Translations under genes and position numbers: made by a program
NCBI GenBank assembly: GCA_903852325.1
Contig: CAINQO010000045.1
Coordinates: forward strand, 1-63,784
Length of the DNA: 63,784 nucleotides
Origin: Candidatus Omnitrophota bacterium
GTDB taxonomy: Bacteria > Omnitrophota > Gorgyraeia > Gygaellales > Profunditerraquicolaceae
Direction: 5' to 3'
Shown: positions 1 to 8,738 of the stretch, in pieces
Layout: the number at the start of each line of letters is the position of its first letter
How positions within the stretch are numbered: the first letter of the stretch is position 1
Notes under the pieces: generated by a model
Databases searched by the model: none
Told to the model about the DNA's origin: nothing
The model's input: only the letters and a program-made list of their open reading frames with translations

Positions 1-109
1 GAGATGTATTATATGCTGCAGAGCTCCAAAAGCCTGAAATGGACGGCGGCAAACGTATTGGGGACCAAGCTAAAACTTTTGTTCTGATCTCCGGCAGGCC
101 TAATCTCCC

Positions 110-138
110 TTGACCCCTCCTGTTTACGGGTATATAAT
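110..138 (+). promoter_or_regulatory. sigma70-type promoter upstream of the lrp-aminotransferase-ANTAR-nadE gene string
   Basis: TTGACC (110-115), 17-nt spacer, TATAAT (133-138), about 80 nt upstream of ATG 219. Confidence 0.55.
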
Positions 139-218
139 CCATTCATAGTTTCTTTGTTTTTTATAGTCGCGATTGAATAAAAATTCGCCAGAATTTGTTG
201 TTTACCGGGAGGATGAAA

Positions 219-704
219 ATGGACGAAATACTGGAAATTTTAGAGAAGGACGGCAGGGCCAGCGTTGAAGATATCGCCAAGATGATCCACAAGAAGCCGG
301 AAGAAGTAAAAAAAGCGATCAAGAAGTATGAAAAAGAGGGGGCGATTTTAAAATATAAAGCGGTAATCAATAAGGATTTAATTCAAGACAGCCAGTCCGA
401 AGTCCGGGCGCTCATCGAAGTCAATATCCTTCCCCAGAAAGACCTGGGTTTTGAGAAGATCGCCGAGCGTATTTATTCGTTTCCGGAGGTCTCCAGCTGT
501 TATCTGATCAGCGGGACATATGATTTATTAGTGGTAGTGGAAGGCGAGAATCTGCATACGGTTTCTAATTTTGTGGCGGAGAAACTTTCCTGCCTGGAAA
601 ACGTGCGCGGCACCGCTACCCACTTTTTACTGAAAAAATATAAGGAAGACGGAGTGATCTTAAAACACCGGTCGGAGAATAAGAGGATCGCGATATCCTA
701 TTAG
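219..704 (+). CDS. Lrp/AsnC family transcriptional regulator
   Basis: N-terminal HTH (DEILEILEKDGRASVEDIAKMI) plus C-terminal AsnC/RAM-type ligand domain. GGGAGG at 208-213 favours ATG 219 over the track start at 195. Confidence 0.85.
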   Translation: MDEILEILEKDGRASVEDIAKMIHKKPEEVKKAIKKYEKEGAILKYKAVINKDLIQDSQSEVRALIEVNILPQKDLGFEKIAERIYSFPEVSSCYLISGTYDLLVVVEGENLHTVSNFVAEKLSCLENVRGTATHFLLKKYKEDGVILKHRSENKRIAISY

Positions 705-733
705 TCTTTGGCAGTGAGAATGCAGGTTAGAGA

Positions 734-1882
734 ATGGAAATATCCAAAGTAGTCGAAAAAATGCAGCCTTCTGGGATCCGGGCTTTTTTTGACCTGGTCC
801 TGGGGATGAAGGAGGTTATCTCCTTGGGGGTAGGGGAGCCGGATTTTGTCACTCCCTGGCAGATCCGCGAGGCAGGGATCTATTCCCTGGAGCAGGGGTT
901 TACCAGCTACACCTCAAATAAGGGGCTGTATAAACTGCGCCTGGGGATAAGCCGTTTCCTGAAAAATAAATACGGCCTGGAGTACAGCCCGGATGAAGAA
1001 ATACTGATTACGGTGGGGGTCAGCGAAGGATTGGACCTGGCGCTGCGCACGATCATTAACCCCGGCGACAAGATATTGATCCCCCAGCCCAGCTATGTTT
1101 CTTACGGGCCGGTGGCCGAGCTTGCCGGCGGGATTCCGGTTTATATCGATACTTCAAAAGACGGCTTCAAGCTTACGCCCGGACTCTTAGCAAAATATAT
1201 CGATAAAAAAACCAAAGCCATCGTTTTAAATTATCCGACCAATCCGACCGGGGTTTCCTATCGCCGGGGGGAATTGGAAAAGATCAACAAAATCTTATTG
1301 AAACATAAGGTGCTTTGTATCAGCGACGAAGTTTACGGGGACCTCACTTATGATTTTGAGCACGTCGCTTTCCCGACCCTGCCCGGGGCAAGAAAAAATA
1401 CGCTGTATCTTAACGGGTTTTCCAAGTCTTACGCGATGACCGGCTGGCGGGTGGGTTTTGCCTGCGGCCCGAAAGAGATCATCGCCGGGATGACTAAAAT
1501 TCACCAGTATACGATCATGTGCGTTCCGATCACCGGCCAAATGGCGGCCGCCGAAGCGCTGGTCAGCGCCAGACGTTCCGTGGAACAAATGAAACGGGAA
1601 TATAACCGCCGGCGGGAATTCATGCTTGCGGAACTGAATCTTTTGGGGCTCAAATGCGCCAAACCCCAGGGGGCATTCTATCTTTTTCCTTCGATCAAAA
1701 GCACCGGTTTATCCTCTTTGGATTTTTCGCGCAAGCTTTTGGAAGAAGAGAAAGTAGCGGTTGTCCCCGGGACGGCTTTTGGCCCCTGCGGGGAAGGGTA
1801 TATCCGGATCTCTTATGCTTCCAGCATGGATAATCTGCGGGAAGCTTTAGTCAGGTTAAAACGTTTTATAGAAAAGGGGTAA
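734..1882 (+). CDS. PLP-dependent class I/II aminotransferase (aspartate/aromatic aminotransferase-like)
   Basis: 382 aa; NYPTNPTGV motif and PLP-lysine motif NGFSKSYAMTGWRVGF. Confidence 0.9.
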   Translation: MEISKVVEKMQPSGIRAFFDLVLGMKEVISLGVGEPDFVTPWQIREAGIYSLEQGFTSYTSNKGLYKLRLGISRFLKNKYGLEYSPDEEILITVGVSEGLDLALRTIINPGDKILIPQPSYVSYGPVAELAGGIPVYIDTSKDGFKLTPGLLAKYIDKKTKAIVLNYPTNPTGVSYRRGELEKINKILLKHKVLCISDEVYGDLTYDFEHVAFPTLPGARKNTLYLNGFSKSYAMTGWRVGFACGPKEIIAGMTKIHQYTIMCVPITGQMAAAEALVSARRSVEQMKREYNRRREFMLAELNLLGLKCAKPQGAFYLFPSIKSTGLSSLDFSRKLLEEEKVAVVPGTAFGPCGEGYIRISYASSMDNLREALVRLKRFIEKG

Positions 1883-1884
1883 CG

Positions 1885-2616
1885 ATGGCTGCGGCTAAAA
1901 AAGATAATTTCACCATTTATGTAAAACAGATCGAAGCAATTTCCAAAGTGGCGAATTTGATCACTTCGGGAATGTACCTGGAGGAGTTGTTGCGCCTGGT
2001 GGTGCAGGTTACCGCGGAGATCATGAATTCGAAAATTTCCTCTTTAATGCTGCTTGACCCGGATAAAAAAGAATTAGTGGTCAAGGCGACCCAATCGATA
2101 TCCGAAGCATATAACGGCAAACCGAATATTCATCTGGGGGAAGGGATCGCCGGGGTAGTCGCGCAGACCAATAAGCCGATCTGCGTTTTGGATGTAAAAG
2201 CCGACACGCGTTATTTAAATCAGGATGTGGCTAAAAAAGAAGGTTTGTGTTCCCTGGCCTGCGTTCCGTTGGCCGTAAAAGGGAGGGTGATCGGAGTTTT
2301 GAACTGCTATACTTCCAAAAAACATAAATTTTCCAAACACGAGCTGGACCTTTTGACGGCTTTGGCCAACCAGGCGGCCCTGGCAATCGAGAACGCGGAG
2401 CTTGACCTGCGCGCCCGTTCCGCGGAAGAGGCCTTGACGACCCGTAAGCTTATCGAGCGGGCAAAAGATATCCTCTCCCTGGACGCCGGCATCCCTTCTT
2501 CGGAGGCTTACCGCTTGATCCAGAAACAAAGCATGGATATGCGTAAATCCATGCGCGAAGTAGCCGAAGCGATTATCCTGGCAAAAGATATCCGAAGCAA
2601 GAAAAATGAAAAATAA
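1885..2616 (+). CDS. GAF-ANTAR protein (RNA-binding transcription antitermination regulator)
   Basis: N-terminal GAF (GEGIAGVVAQTNKP, RVIGVLNCY) and C-terminal ANTAR (RKLIERAKDILSLDAGIPSSEAYRLIQKQSMDMRKSMREVAEAII). The 3' end overlaps the nadE start. Confidence 0.85.
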   Translation: MAAAKKDNFTIYVKQIEAISKVANLITSGMYLEELLRLVVQVTAEIMNSKISSLMLLDPDKKELVVKATQSISEAYNGKPNIHLGEGIAGVVAQTNKPICVLDVKADTRYLNQDVAKKEGLCSLACVPLAVKGRVIGVLNCYTSKKHKFSKHELDLLTALANQAALAIENAELDLRARSAEEALTTRKLIERAKDILSLDAGIPSSEAYRLIQKQSMDMRKSMREVAEAIILAKDIRSKKNEK

Positions 2617-4294
2617 AGTTTTGCTGCGCGTAGCGATAGCGCAGATCAATTCCACAGTCGGCGACCTAGAGGCGAATGCCGCTAAAATCATCAGCTATAC
2701 CCGGCAGGCAAAAGATTCCGGCGCCCAGATAATCTGTTTTCCGGAACTAGCGCTCTGCGGATACCCCCCCGAAGACCTCCTGTTAAAACCAAAATTTATC
2801 CGTGACAATACCGCCGCTTTAAAGGACCTGGTAAAAGGCATTGACCGGGGGATAGTGGCCGTGGTTGGTTTTGCCGACGGCAATATTAAAGAAGCGTACA
2901 ATGCCGCCGCCGTAATTTATAACCGCCAGGTCAAAGGGGTTTACCGGAAAATCTTTCTCCCCAATTACGGGGTTTTTGACGAAAAGCGTTATTTTTGTCC
3001 CGGGGATAAAGCGCTGGTCTTTTCCCTCGGCGATTTTATTTTCGGGGTGAATATCTGCGAGGATATCTGGGAAGCTTCCGGCCCGACCCGCCGGCAAGCC
3101 GCCGCCGGAGCAAAGCTGATCCTGAATATCAATGCCTCGCCGTATTATGCGGGCAAAAGGAAAAAGAGGCAGGAAGTGATCGCGCAGCAAGCCAGGGTTA
3201 ACGGCGTATTTGTGGTTTATACCAACCTGGTGGGCGGACAGGATGAGCTGGTTTTTGACGGCCAAAGCATGGTTGTGGATAATAAAGGTAAGCTTTTGGC
3301 CCGCGCCAGGGCGTTTAGCGAAGATTTATTATTTTATGACCTGGAGCTTCCGGCAAGCCGCGCCAGGGGTTCCAAAAAGGTAATTAAACTTTCTGCCGGT
3401 TTATCCGCGCCCAAAAAAGTTTTAGCGGCCAGCGAACAGCCGCCAGCCCTGGAACAGGAAGCCGAGGTTTACCAGGCGCTGGTTTTGGGGTTGAAGGATT
3501 ACGTGCATAAGAATGGTTTCGGTAAAGTGATCATCGGTTTAAGCGGAGGGGTAGACTCTTCCCTGGTCGCCACCCTGGCCGTTGACGCTTTGGGCAAGGA
3601 AAATGTTACCGGGGTATTTATGCCTTCCCGCTACACCAGCACCCAGTCGCAGGAGGATGCCTCGGGCCTGGCCAGGAATTTAGGGGTCAGATTTATCACT
3701 CTTTCCATCGAACAGATATTCAGATTTTATCTTTTGGTGCTTGAACCGCATTTCGCCGGCCGGGAAAGGGATATTGCCGAGGAGAACCTCCAGGCGCGCA
3801 TCCGGGGAAATATCCTGATGGCTTTTTCCAATAAATTCGGCTGGCTGGTTTTGACCACGGGAAATAAATCCGAAATGAGCATGGGCTATGCCACCCTGTA
3901 TGGAGATATGTGCGGGGGGCTTGCGGTGATCAAAGATGTGCCTAAAACTTTAGTCTACAAGTTAGCCAGGCACAGAAATTCCCTTGGCCTGGTGATCCCC
4001 GAACGCGTATTTTCCAAGGCGCCCACTGCCGAGTTGAAGTTTAATCAAACCGACCAGGATACCTTGCCTCCTTATGAGGTCCTGGACGGTATCTTGAAGG
4101 CATATGTCGAAGAGGATAAGGACATTACTCAGATCATCGCCTCGGGTTTTGACCCGGAGATGGTCCGGAAAACCTCCGGGGTAGTCGATAAAAACGAATA
4201 TAAGCGCCGGCAGGCCCCTCCGGGGATCAAGATCACTCCCAAAGCTTTCGGCCGCGACCGCAGGATGCCGATCACTAACGGCTACCGCGGTTAA
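2606..4294 (+). CDS. nadE: glutamine-dependent NAD+ synthetase
   Basis: 562 aa; N-terminal CN-hydrolase (glutaminase) domain plus NAD synthase domain with SGGVDSS PP-loop. Confidence 0.93.
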   Translation: MKNKVLLRVAIAQINSTVGDLEANAAKIISYTRQAKDSGAQIICFPELALCGYPPEDLLLKPKFIRDNTAALKDLVKGIDRGIVAVVGFADGNIKEAYNAAAVIYNRQVKGVYRKIFLPNYGVFDEKRYFCPGDKALVFSLGDFIFGVNICEDIWEASGPTRRQAAAGAKLILNINASPYYAGKRKKRQEVIAQQARVNGVFVVYTNLVGGQDELVFDGQSMVVDNKGKLLARARAFSEDLLFYDLELPASRARGSKKVIKLSAGLSAPKKVLAASEQPPALEQEAEVYQALVLGLKDYVHKNGFGKVIIGLSGGVDSSLVATLAVDALGKENVTGVFMPSRYTSTQSQEDASGLARNLGVRFITLSIEQIFRFYLLVLEPHFAGRERDIAEENLQARIRGNILMAFSNKFGWLVLTTGNKSEMSMGYATLYGDMCGGLAVIKDVPKTLVYKLARHRNSLGLVIPERVFSKAPTAELKFNQTDQDTLPPYEVLDGILKAYVEEDKDITQIIASGFDPEMVRKTSGVVDKNEYKRRQAPPGIKITPKAFGRDRRMPITNGYRG

Positions 4295-4306
4295 AATATA
4301 ATTTAA

Positions 4307-4336
4307 GTTACCAACTCTAGTTCTTTTTTACTTGTA
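4307..4336 (+). promoter_or_regulatory. bipartite box GTTACCA-N16-ACTTGTA, copy A (promoter-like)
   Basis: GTTACCA 4307-4313 and ACTTGTA 4330-4336 with exactly 16 nt between. The N16 ends in a T-run and the upstream flank is AT-rich (AATTTAA). Same box at 11468, 13597 and 15411. Confidence 0.5.
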
Positions 4337-4348
4337 TTGGTGTAAGGC

Positions 4349-4378
4349 TCGCAGAGAAGCGAAAAAAACATTGGCGTT
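4349..4378 (+). promoter_or_regulatory. leader RNA hexaloop hairpin pair (ANTAR-substrate-like), copy A
   Basis: P1 is TCGC-AGAGAA-GCGA (4349-4362). P2 is AAC-ATTGGC-GTT (4367-4378). The P2 loop and 3' arm (GGCGTT) form the 5' arm of the following terminator. Confidence 0.45.
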
Positions 4379-4407
4379 CCAAGATAAGGAACGCCATTTT
4401 TATTTTT
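4373..4407 (+). terminator. intrinsic terminator / attenuator in the leader of the APC-PII operon
   Basis: GGCGTTCC (4373-4380) pairs with GGAACGCC (4388-4395); 7-nt loop, then ATTTTTATTTTT. Confidence 0.75.
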
Positions 4408-4420
4408 AAACAGTTATCCT

Positions 4421-4440
4421 AGACGCAGGCGTCTTTTTTT
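4421..4440 (+). terminator. second terminator-like hairpin in the same leader
   Basis: AGACG-CAGG-CGTCT (or AGAC-GCAGGC-GTCT with a hexaloop) followed by a T-run. Confidence 0.55.
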
Positions 4441-4484
4441 GATCCTATGACGGAGAAAAAAAGGCGCTTTTTTATTTTATTAAC

Positions 4485-4495
4485 CAAATGTGTAA
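4485..4495 (+). promoter_or_regulatory. CAAATGTGTAA half-site shared with the amtB upstream regions
   Basis: 10/11 identical to CAATTGTGTAA at 13752-13762; lies about 25 nt upstream of ATG 4520. Confidence 0.3.
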
Positions 4496-4519
4496 TTAGT
4501 TAAAAGAAGGAGGGCAAAG

Positions 4520-6373
4520 ATGGCTCAAGGGGATATGACTTTGGTTAAGCCTAAGCTCGGTTTATTAGGCGCCACGATGAACGCAATGGCTTTGATTGCT
4601 CCGGGAGCGTTTTTGTGGATTACTTATCAGTTGCAGGCTGCGGCTACCGCGCCAAGCGGGGCTTCGGTTGCCAGCGACATTTGGGCAGGGATCGTGCTGG
4701 CCTTGACCGTATGTTTTTTAACCGCACTCTCCTATGCGCAGTTGGCAAAAATCTATCCGGAAGCAGGTTTTGCCAGCTGTACTTATTTCGCCGAAAAAGC
4801 CTTTTTGGATGCGCGTAAGGAGAAAGTAAGCGGCCCGACCTCGATAGCGCGTTTTGCGAAACTGGCTACCGGATGGGCGGCGCATCTTTTTTATTGGGTT
4901 TATCCGGGAGTAATGGTGGCGATGATGGCCACCCTGATCGGATATATTTATAACCAGTTTACCGGCCAAACCCTGCCGCTATTAAACATGACTGTTATCT
5001 GCGTAATATTTACGGTAGTGACCGGTTATGTCGCCTACCGGGGCGTAACCGGATCAACGGTTATTGCTATCTGGATCAATATTATTCAATGGGTTACTTT
5101 GGTGATCTTTACGGGCTTGGCGATCTGGTACCGCCTGGCTAATCCCCAGCATGCCACGCAGTGGGTATTTAGCGGAGGATTGGATATAATTAAACCGCAC
5201 TCCTTGCAGGGTATCCTGGTCCAGTCGACGATAGCGATTTTAATTCTCGTGGGTTTTGAAAGCTGCACGGCTTTGGCCGCCGAAACCAAAGATCCCAAAA
5301 CCACCATTCCCAAGGCGATCATTATTTCACTTATTGTTCAGGGGGTGTTTGCTTATCTGTTCCAGTATTTTGGTGCCGGATTGATGCTTAGTGAAAAGCT
5401 GGCTAATGCCGCAGGGGCAACCGGCATGGCTGCCGCCGCCGCTTCGGGGGCTCCCATCGGTGACTTGGCTAAACTTATCGGGGAATCTTTAATTCCCGGC
5501 CTGGGATTCGGTTTAATGATTACTATGGCCATTACCGTGGCGATCGCGGTGATCGGAACAACCTTAAGCTGTATGAATACGGCGATGCGGGTATCTGCCG
5601 GCATGGCGGAAGACCGGGAGCTGCCTTCCGCATTAAGCTTTATTCATCTAAAACATATTACGCCGCATGTTTCACTGGCAATGTTGATCCTGGTTACTTC
5701 GGTAATCGGAGCTATCGGCGTGCGTTCAGTAGTAGGGCTTTTTGGCATTACCCTTGCCTCAAACCTGGGGACTTTTATACTCTACGGGCTTACCTGCATC
5801 TGGACGATCGTTGCTTTTAAAAATAGGGAGGATTTTAATCTTTTAAAGCACGGGATTATCCCCGTGCTGGGGCTGATCGCCAATGTGGTGATGACCGCTG
5901 GGATCCTTTATTTATATATTATCGGCAATGCCGATGCCAAGGCGGAAGCCACGATCTGTTTTACTATCGCCGGAGGCTGGGCCTTGATCAGCGTTATCTA
6001 TGTTGCGGTAACTACCGTGCGTAAAACTTACCGCTTAAAGATGGTTTCCGGGATGATCCGTCCGGAGCAGCTCAACATAGTCGTGCAGGCGCTGAAAGAA
6101 GATGATTGTATTTTAGGGATGACGGTGACAAAAGTTAAAGGATTCGGCCGGCAAAAAGGTCACCTTGACGGTGAGCCGCAGAACGATATAATCAGTTTTA
6201 TACCGAAAATAAGGCTGGATGTCGTAGTTAAGGAGTGGGATGTCCCGCAGATAATGGATATTATCGCCGAAGCGGCGCGCACCGGCAATGTCGGTGACGG
6301 CAAGATCTTCGTGACCGATGCCTCGGAAGCGATGCGCATCCGCACCGGAGAAAAAGGGATTTGGGCGGTATAA
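4520..6373 (+). CDS. APC-superfamily permease with in-frame C-terminal PII (GlnB-like) domain
   Basis: 617 aa. About 500 aa form a multi-TM APC-type permease. The last ~105 aa carry the PII hallmarks GFGRQKG (T-loop base) and TGNVGDGKIFV (B-loop). AAGGAGGG RBS upstream. Confidence 0.85.
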   Translation: MAQGDMTLVKPKLGLLGATMNAMALIAPGAFLWITYQLQAAATAPSGASVASDIWAGIVLALTVCFLTALSYAQLAKIYPEAGFASCTYFAEKAFLDARKEKVSGPTSIARFAKLATGWAAHLFYWVYPGVMVAMMATLIGYIYNQFTGQTLPLLNMTVICVIFTVVTGYVAYRGVTGSTVIAIWINIIQWVTLVIFTGLAIWYRLANPQHATQWVFSGGLDIIKPHSLQGILVQSTIAILILVGFESCTALAAETKDPKTTIPKAIIISLIVQGVFAYLFQYFGAGLMLSEKLANAAGATGMAAAAASGAPIGDLAKLIGESLIPGLGFGLMITMAITVAIAVIGTTLSCMNTAMRVSAGMAEDRELPSALSFIHLKHITPHVSLAMLILVTSVIGAIGVRSVVGLFGITLASNLGTFILYGLTCIWTIVAFKNREDFNLLKHGIIPVLGLIANVVMTAGILYLYIIGNADAKAEATICFTIAGGWALISVIYVAVTTVRKTYRLKMVSGMIRPEQLNIVVQALKEDDCILGMTVTKVKGFGRQKGHLDGEPQNDIISFIPKIRLDVVVKEWDVPQIMDIIAEAARTGNVGDGKIFVTDASEAMRIRTGEKGIWAV

Positions 6374-6386
6374 ACAGGCAGGTGAA

Positions 6387-6710
6387 ATGATGAAAAAGAT
6401 AGAATGCATTATCCGTTCGGAAAAACTGAAAAACCTGACCGATTCGCTCCTGGGGGTAGGGATCGGGGGGATGACCGTGAGTGAAGTGCGCGGTTTCGGG
6501 ATGCAGAGTACGCGGCCGGAGAGTTTCCTGTTTGTGCATAAAACTAAAATCGAGATTTATGCCCTTGATGATCAGGTAAACGAAATCCTGGCGGTAATTT
6601 TAAAAGAATGTTTTTCCGGAAAAGCCGGTGACGGCAAAATTGCCGTGATCCCGCTGGATAACTGTATCCGTATCCGCACCAAAGAGAAGATGGACAAAGC
6701 CATTATTTAA
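6387..6710 (+). CDS. divergent PII-like signal transduction protein (short T-loop)
   Basis: MMKKIECIIRSEKL... with GFGMQST in place of GFGRQKG; B-loop SGKAGDGKIAV retained. The track ORF start at 6318 overlaps the upstream gene, so ATG 6387/6390 is preferred. Confidence 0.75.
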   Translation: MMKKIECIIRSEKLKNLTDSLLGVGIGGMTVSEVRGFGMQSTRPESFLFVHKTKIEIYALDDQVNEILAVILKECFSGKAGDGKIAVIPLDNCIRIRTKEKMDKAII

Positions 6711-6727
6711 ACGGAAGGAGAAAAACG

Positions 6728-8032
6728 ATGGAAAAGTTTTATAGAAGGTCTAAAGATATCGTAAGCAGCGGTATGGTAATAATGCTTTTGGGGCTGTGTT
6801 TTCTCGGGACAAATATTGCTTCTGTTTGGGCAGATGATCCTAGTGCGGCGGCGGCTGTTCCCGCGCCCGCGCCTACCTCTTCTCTCGGGCTGTTAATGAG
6901 CATGTTGGATAAGGCAGGGTTGGCTAAGCCTTTAAGCAATGCCGGGATCAACCTTTACGGTTACGTCCAGGCGGGTTTCTTCCATGACTTCACCCGTCCT
7001 CAAAAAGGGGGAGCAACATTTATGGGGTACAACAGCTTTAAAAATAGTGGCGTTCTTGACAAAGTGAGTTTGAACATTGAACGTACCGTTGATCCCACGA
7101 AAAAACAATTTGATTTGGGTTTCCGCCTGGAAGGGATTTATGGCTCGGATGCCGCTTTTGTCCACTCCAACGGGATGTGGGCTAAACAGACGGGTCATAC
7201 TCAAAGCGATCTTATCCAGGCCTATGTGGATATCGCCATTCCTAACCTGCCGGCAAAGATCCGGGTAGGTAAATGGATCGAGTTAGCCGGTTTTGAGCAG
7301 TTCGATGCCAACATTTACGGCGCTTTCGGCGATCCGTCCAGGGCATTGTATTCCTATAGCTACCAGTTTCTCTTTGCCGAACCGGTTACGCAGTCCGGTG
7401 CTTTTGCTACCTATGTATTTAGCCCGCAATTGACGATTGACGCGGGGATGACCCGCGGATGGAACCAGTCGACGCGGGATTCTAACGGCACCTCAGACTT
7501 CCTGGGCCGCCTGATCTTTACCCCCAATGACAAGACCACGGTTATTTTTGTAATGACGGAGGGGCCGGAATACCCGATTCTCGTAGGAAACAATGTCCCC
7601 GCCGGTGACAATAAAGATTGGTGGACCGCTTTGGACCTGGTTGTTACGCAGAAAATTAACGATAAGTTAAGGTTTGGCTTGGGCATGGATTACGTGCGGG
7701 CCCAGAAGATTCCCGGTTTAGAAGAAGGGGCTAAACAATGGGGCGGCGTGGCGGGTTATGCCAGCTACGCGTTTAATCCGTATTTAACGCTAAATAGCAG
7801 GTTGGAATGGTATCAGGATGCTGCCGGCGGTTTCTCAACCGGTGCGGCAACCGGAGCCAATTATTATGCTTCTACGGTAGGGGTGGCGATTAAACCGTTC
7901 CCGAATAATAAGTTTTTATCTAACTTGCTGTTCCGTCCTGAAGTGCGCTACGACTATTCTAATAAACCGGTTTTTAACAGCAACGAGCACAACCAGTGGA
8001 CATTCAGTATGGATACCATTTTTACCTTTTAG
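6728..8032 (+). CDS. outer-membrane beta-barrel porin (family uncertain)
   Basis: 434 aa; signal peptide (LLGLCFLGTNIASVWA), alternating beta-strand pattern, C-terminal ...TIFTF aromatic terminus. Confidence 0.7.
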   Translation: MEKFYRRSKDIVSSGMVIMLLGLCFLGTNIASVWADDPSAAAAVPAPAPTSSLGLLMSMLDKAGLAKPLSNAGINLYGYVQAGFFHDFTRPQKGGATFMGYNSFKNSGVLDKVSLNIERTVDPTKKQFDLGFRLEGIYGSDAAFVHSNGMWAKQTGHTQSDLIQAYVDIAIPNLPAKIRVGKWIELAGFEQFDANIYGAFGDPSRALYSYSYQFLFAEPVTQSGAFATYVFSPQLTIDAGMTRGWNQSTRDSNGTSDFLGRLIFTPNDKTTVIFVMTEGPEYPILVGNNVPAGDNKDWWTALDLVVTQKINDKLRFGLGMDYVRAQKIPGLEEGAKQWGGVAGYASYAFNPYLTLNSRLEWYQDAAGGFSTGAATGANYYASTVGVAIKPFPNNKFLSNLLFRPEVRYDYSNKPVFNSNEHNQWTFSMDTIFTF

Positions 8033-8090
8033 CATGAGCTAACCGATCGGCCGTAATTTAATAAGTACATATTTTAAGAGGGAGGATGCT

Positions 8091-8429
8091 ATGAAAAAGA
8101 TCGAAGCGATAATTCGTCCCGCAAAAGTGGGGGATGTTTGCGCGGCTTTAGCGAAAATTTGTAGTCCGGGGATTATGATCACCGAAATCGAAGGCCACGG
8201 AAGGCAATGCGGAATAAAGCAGGAGTTCCGCGGAAAAACCTACAAAACGGAACTGCTTAGTAAGGCTAAGCTGGAAATTATTGTAAATGATGGAGATCTG
8301 GATAAAACCGTTAAAGCGATCCGCGAAGCCGCCTTTACGGGAAAGGTGGGGGATGGCAAGATTTTTATTTATCCGGTAGACAATGCCATAAGGATCAGCA
8401 CAGATGAAAAAGGGGAGGCGGCAGTGTAG
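8091..8429 (+). CDS. PII family nitrogen regulatory protein (third paralog of the cluster)
   Basis: 112 aa; GHGRQCG T-loop base, TGKVGDGKIFIYP B-loop; GGGAGG RBS. Confidence 0.85.
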   Translation: MKKIEAIIRPAKVGDVCAALAKICSPGIMITEIEGHGRQCGIKQEFRGKTYKTELLSKAKLEIIVNDGDLDKTVKAIREAAFTGKVGDGKIFIYPVDNAIRISTDEKGEAAV

Positions 8430-8462
8430 CGCCGGGGCTGCCCGGCAGAAGAGCTTTTGAGC

Positions 8463-8490
8463 TTGACAGGGGTATTTTTTGTGCTATATT
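8463..8490 (+). promoter_or_regulatory. sigma70-type promoter of a long structured leader
   Basis: TTGACA (8463-8468), 16-nt spacer, TGc-TATATT (8485-8490, extended -10). Confidence 0.6.
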
Positions 8491-8496
8491 TTCTTG

Positions 8497-8689
8497 ATTA
8501 AGCTCAATCCCTTTTCGGGCGGTATTGACACCTGAGAAGAGCGAAAAGCCAGGTTTTCGATTTTTAATAGTCTCGGGGTGGATATCCGGAAATTTAGATT
8601 AGGTGTTATTCAACCTGAGCCCAACAACCGACCTCTTGAGAGCACGGTTCAAGAGGGGATCACCAGAGGACGTACACTCTGGTTTTTTA
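8497..8689 (+). promoter_or_regulatory. ~190-nt structured leader ending in a terminator; candidate riboswitch (possibly ydaO-type c-di-AMP class)
   Basis: Several hairpins plus a terminator sit directly upstream of a KimA-like transporter. GGGGTGGATATCC (8575-8587) and GAGCCCAACAACCGAC (8617-8632) loosely resemble conserved ydaO segments as I recall them. Confidence 0.35.
8662..8689 (+). terminator. intrinsic terminator closing the leader
   Basis: ACCAGAG-8 nt loop-CTCTGGT followed by TTTTTTAT. Confidence 0.75.
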
Positions 8690-8738
8690 TTGCAAAAAAG
8701 AATGCGCCCGTTCTTTGATTAATGCGGGACGCAGGGAG

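Noticed and set aside
4367-4395. Glutamine riboswitch (glnA RNA motif) suggested by the recurring GGCGTTC near nitrogen genes
   Set aside because: Only the CGUUC-like pentamer is similar. I could not find the conserved GGAAG/E-loop and pseudoknot segments, and the element is fully explained as a hairpin/terminator overlap.
6318-6386. N-terminal extension of the second PII-like ORF
   Set aside because: It overlaps the 3' end of the APC-PII gene. The PII fold (MKKIE...) starts at ATG 6387/6390.
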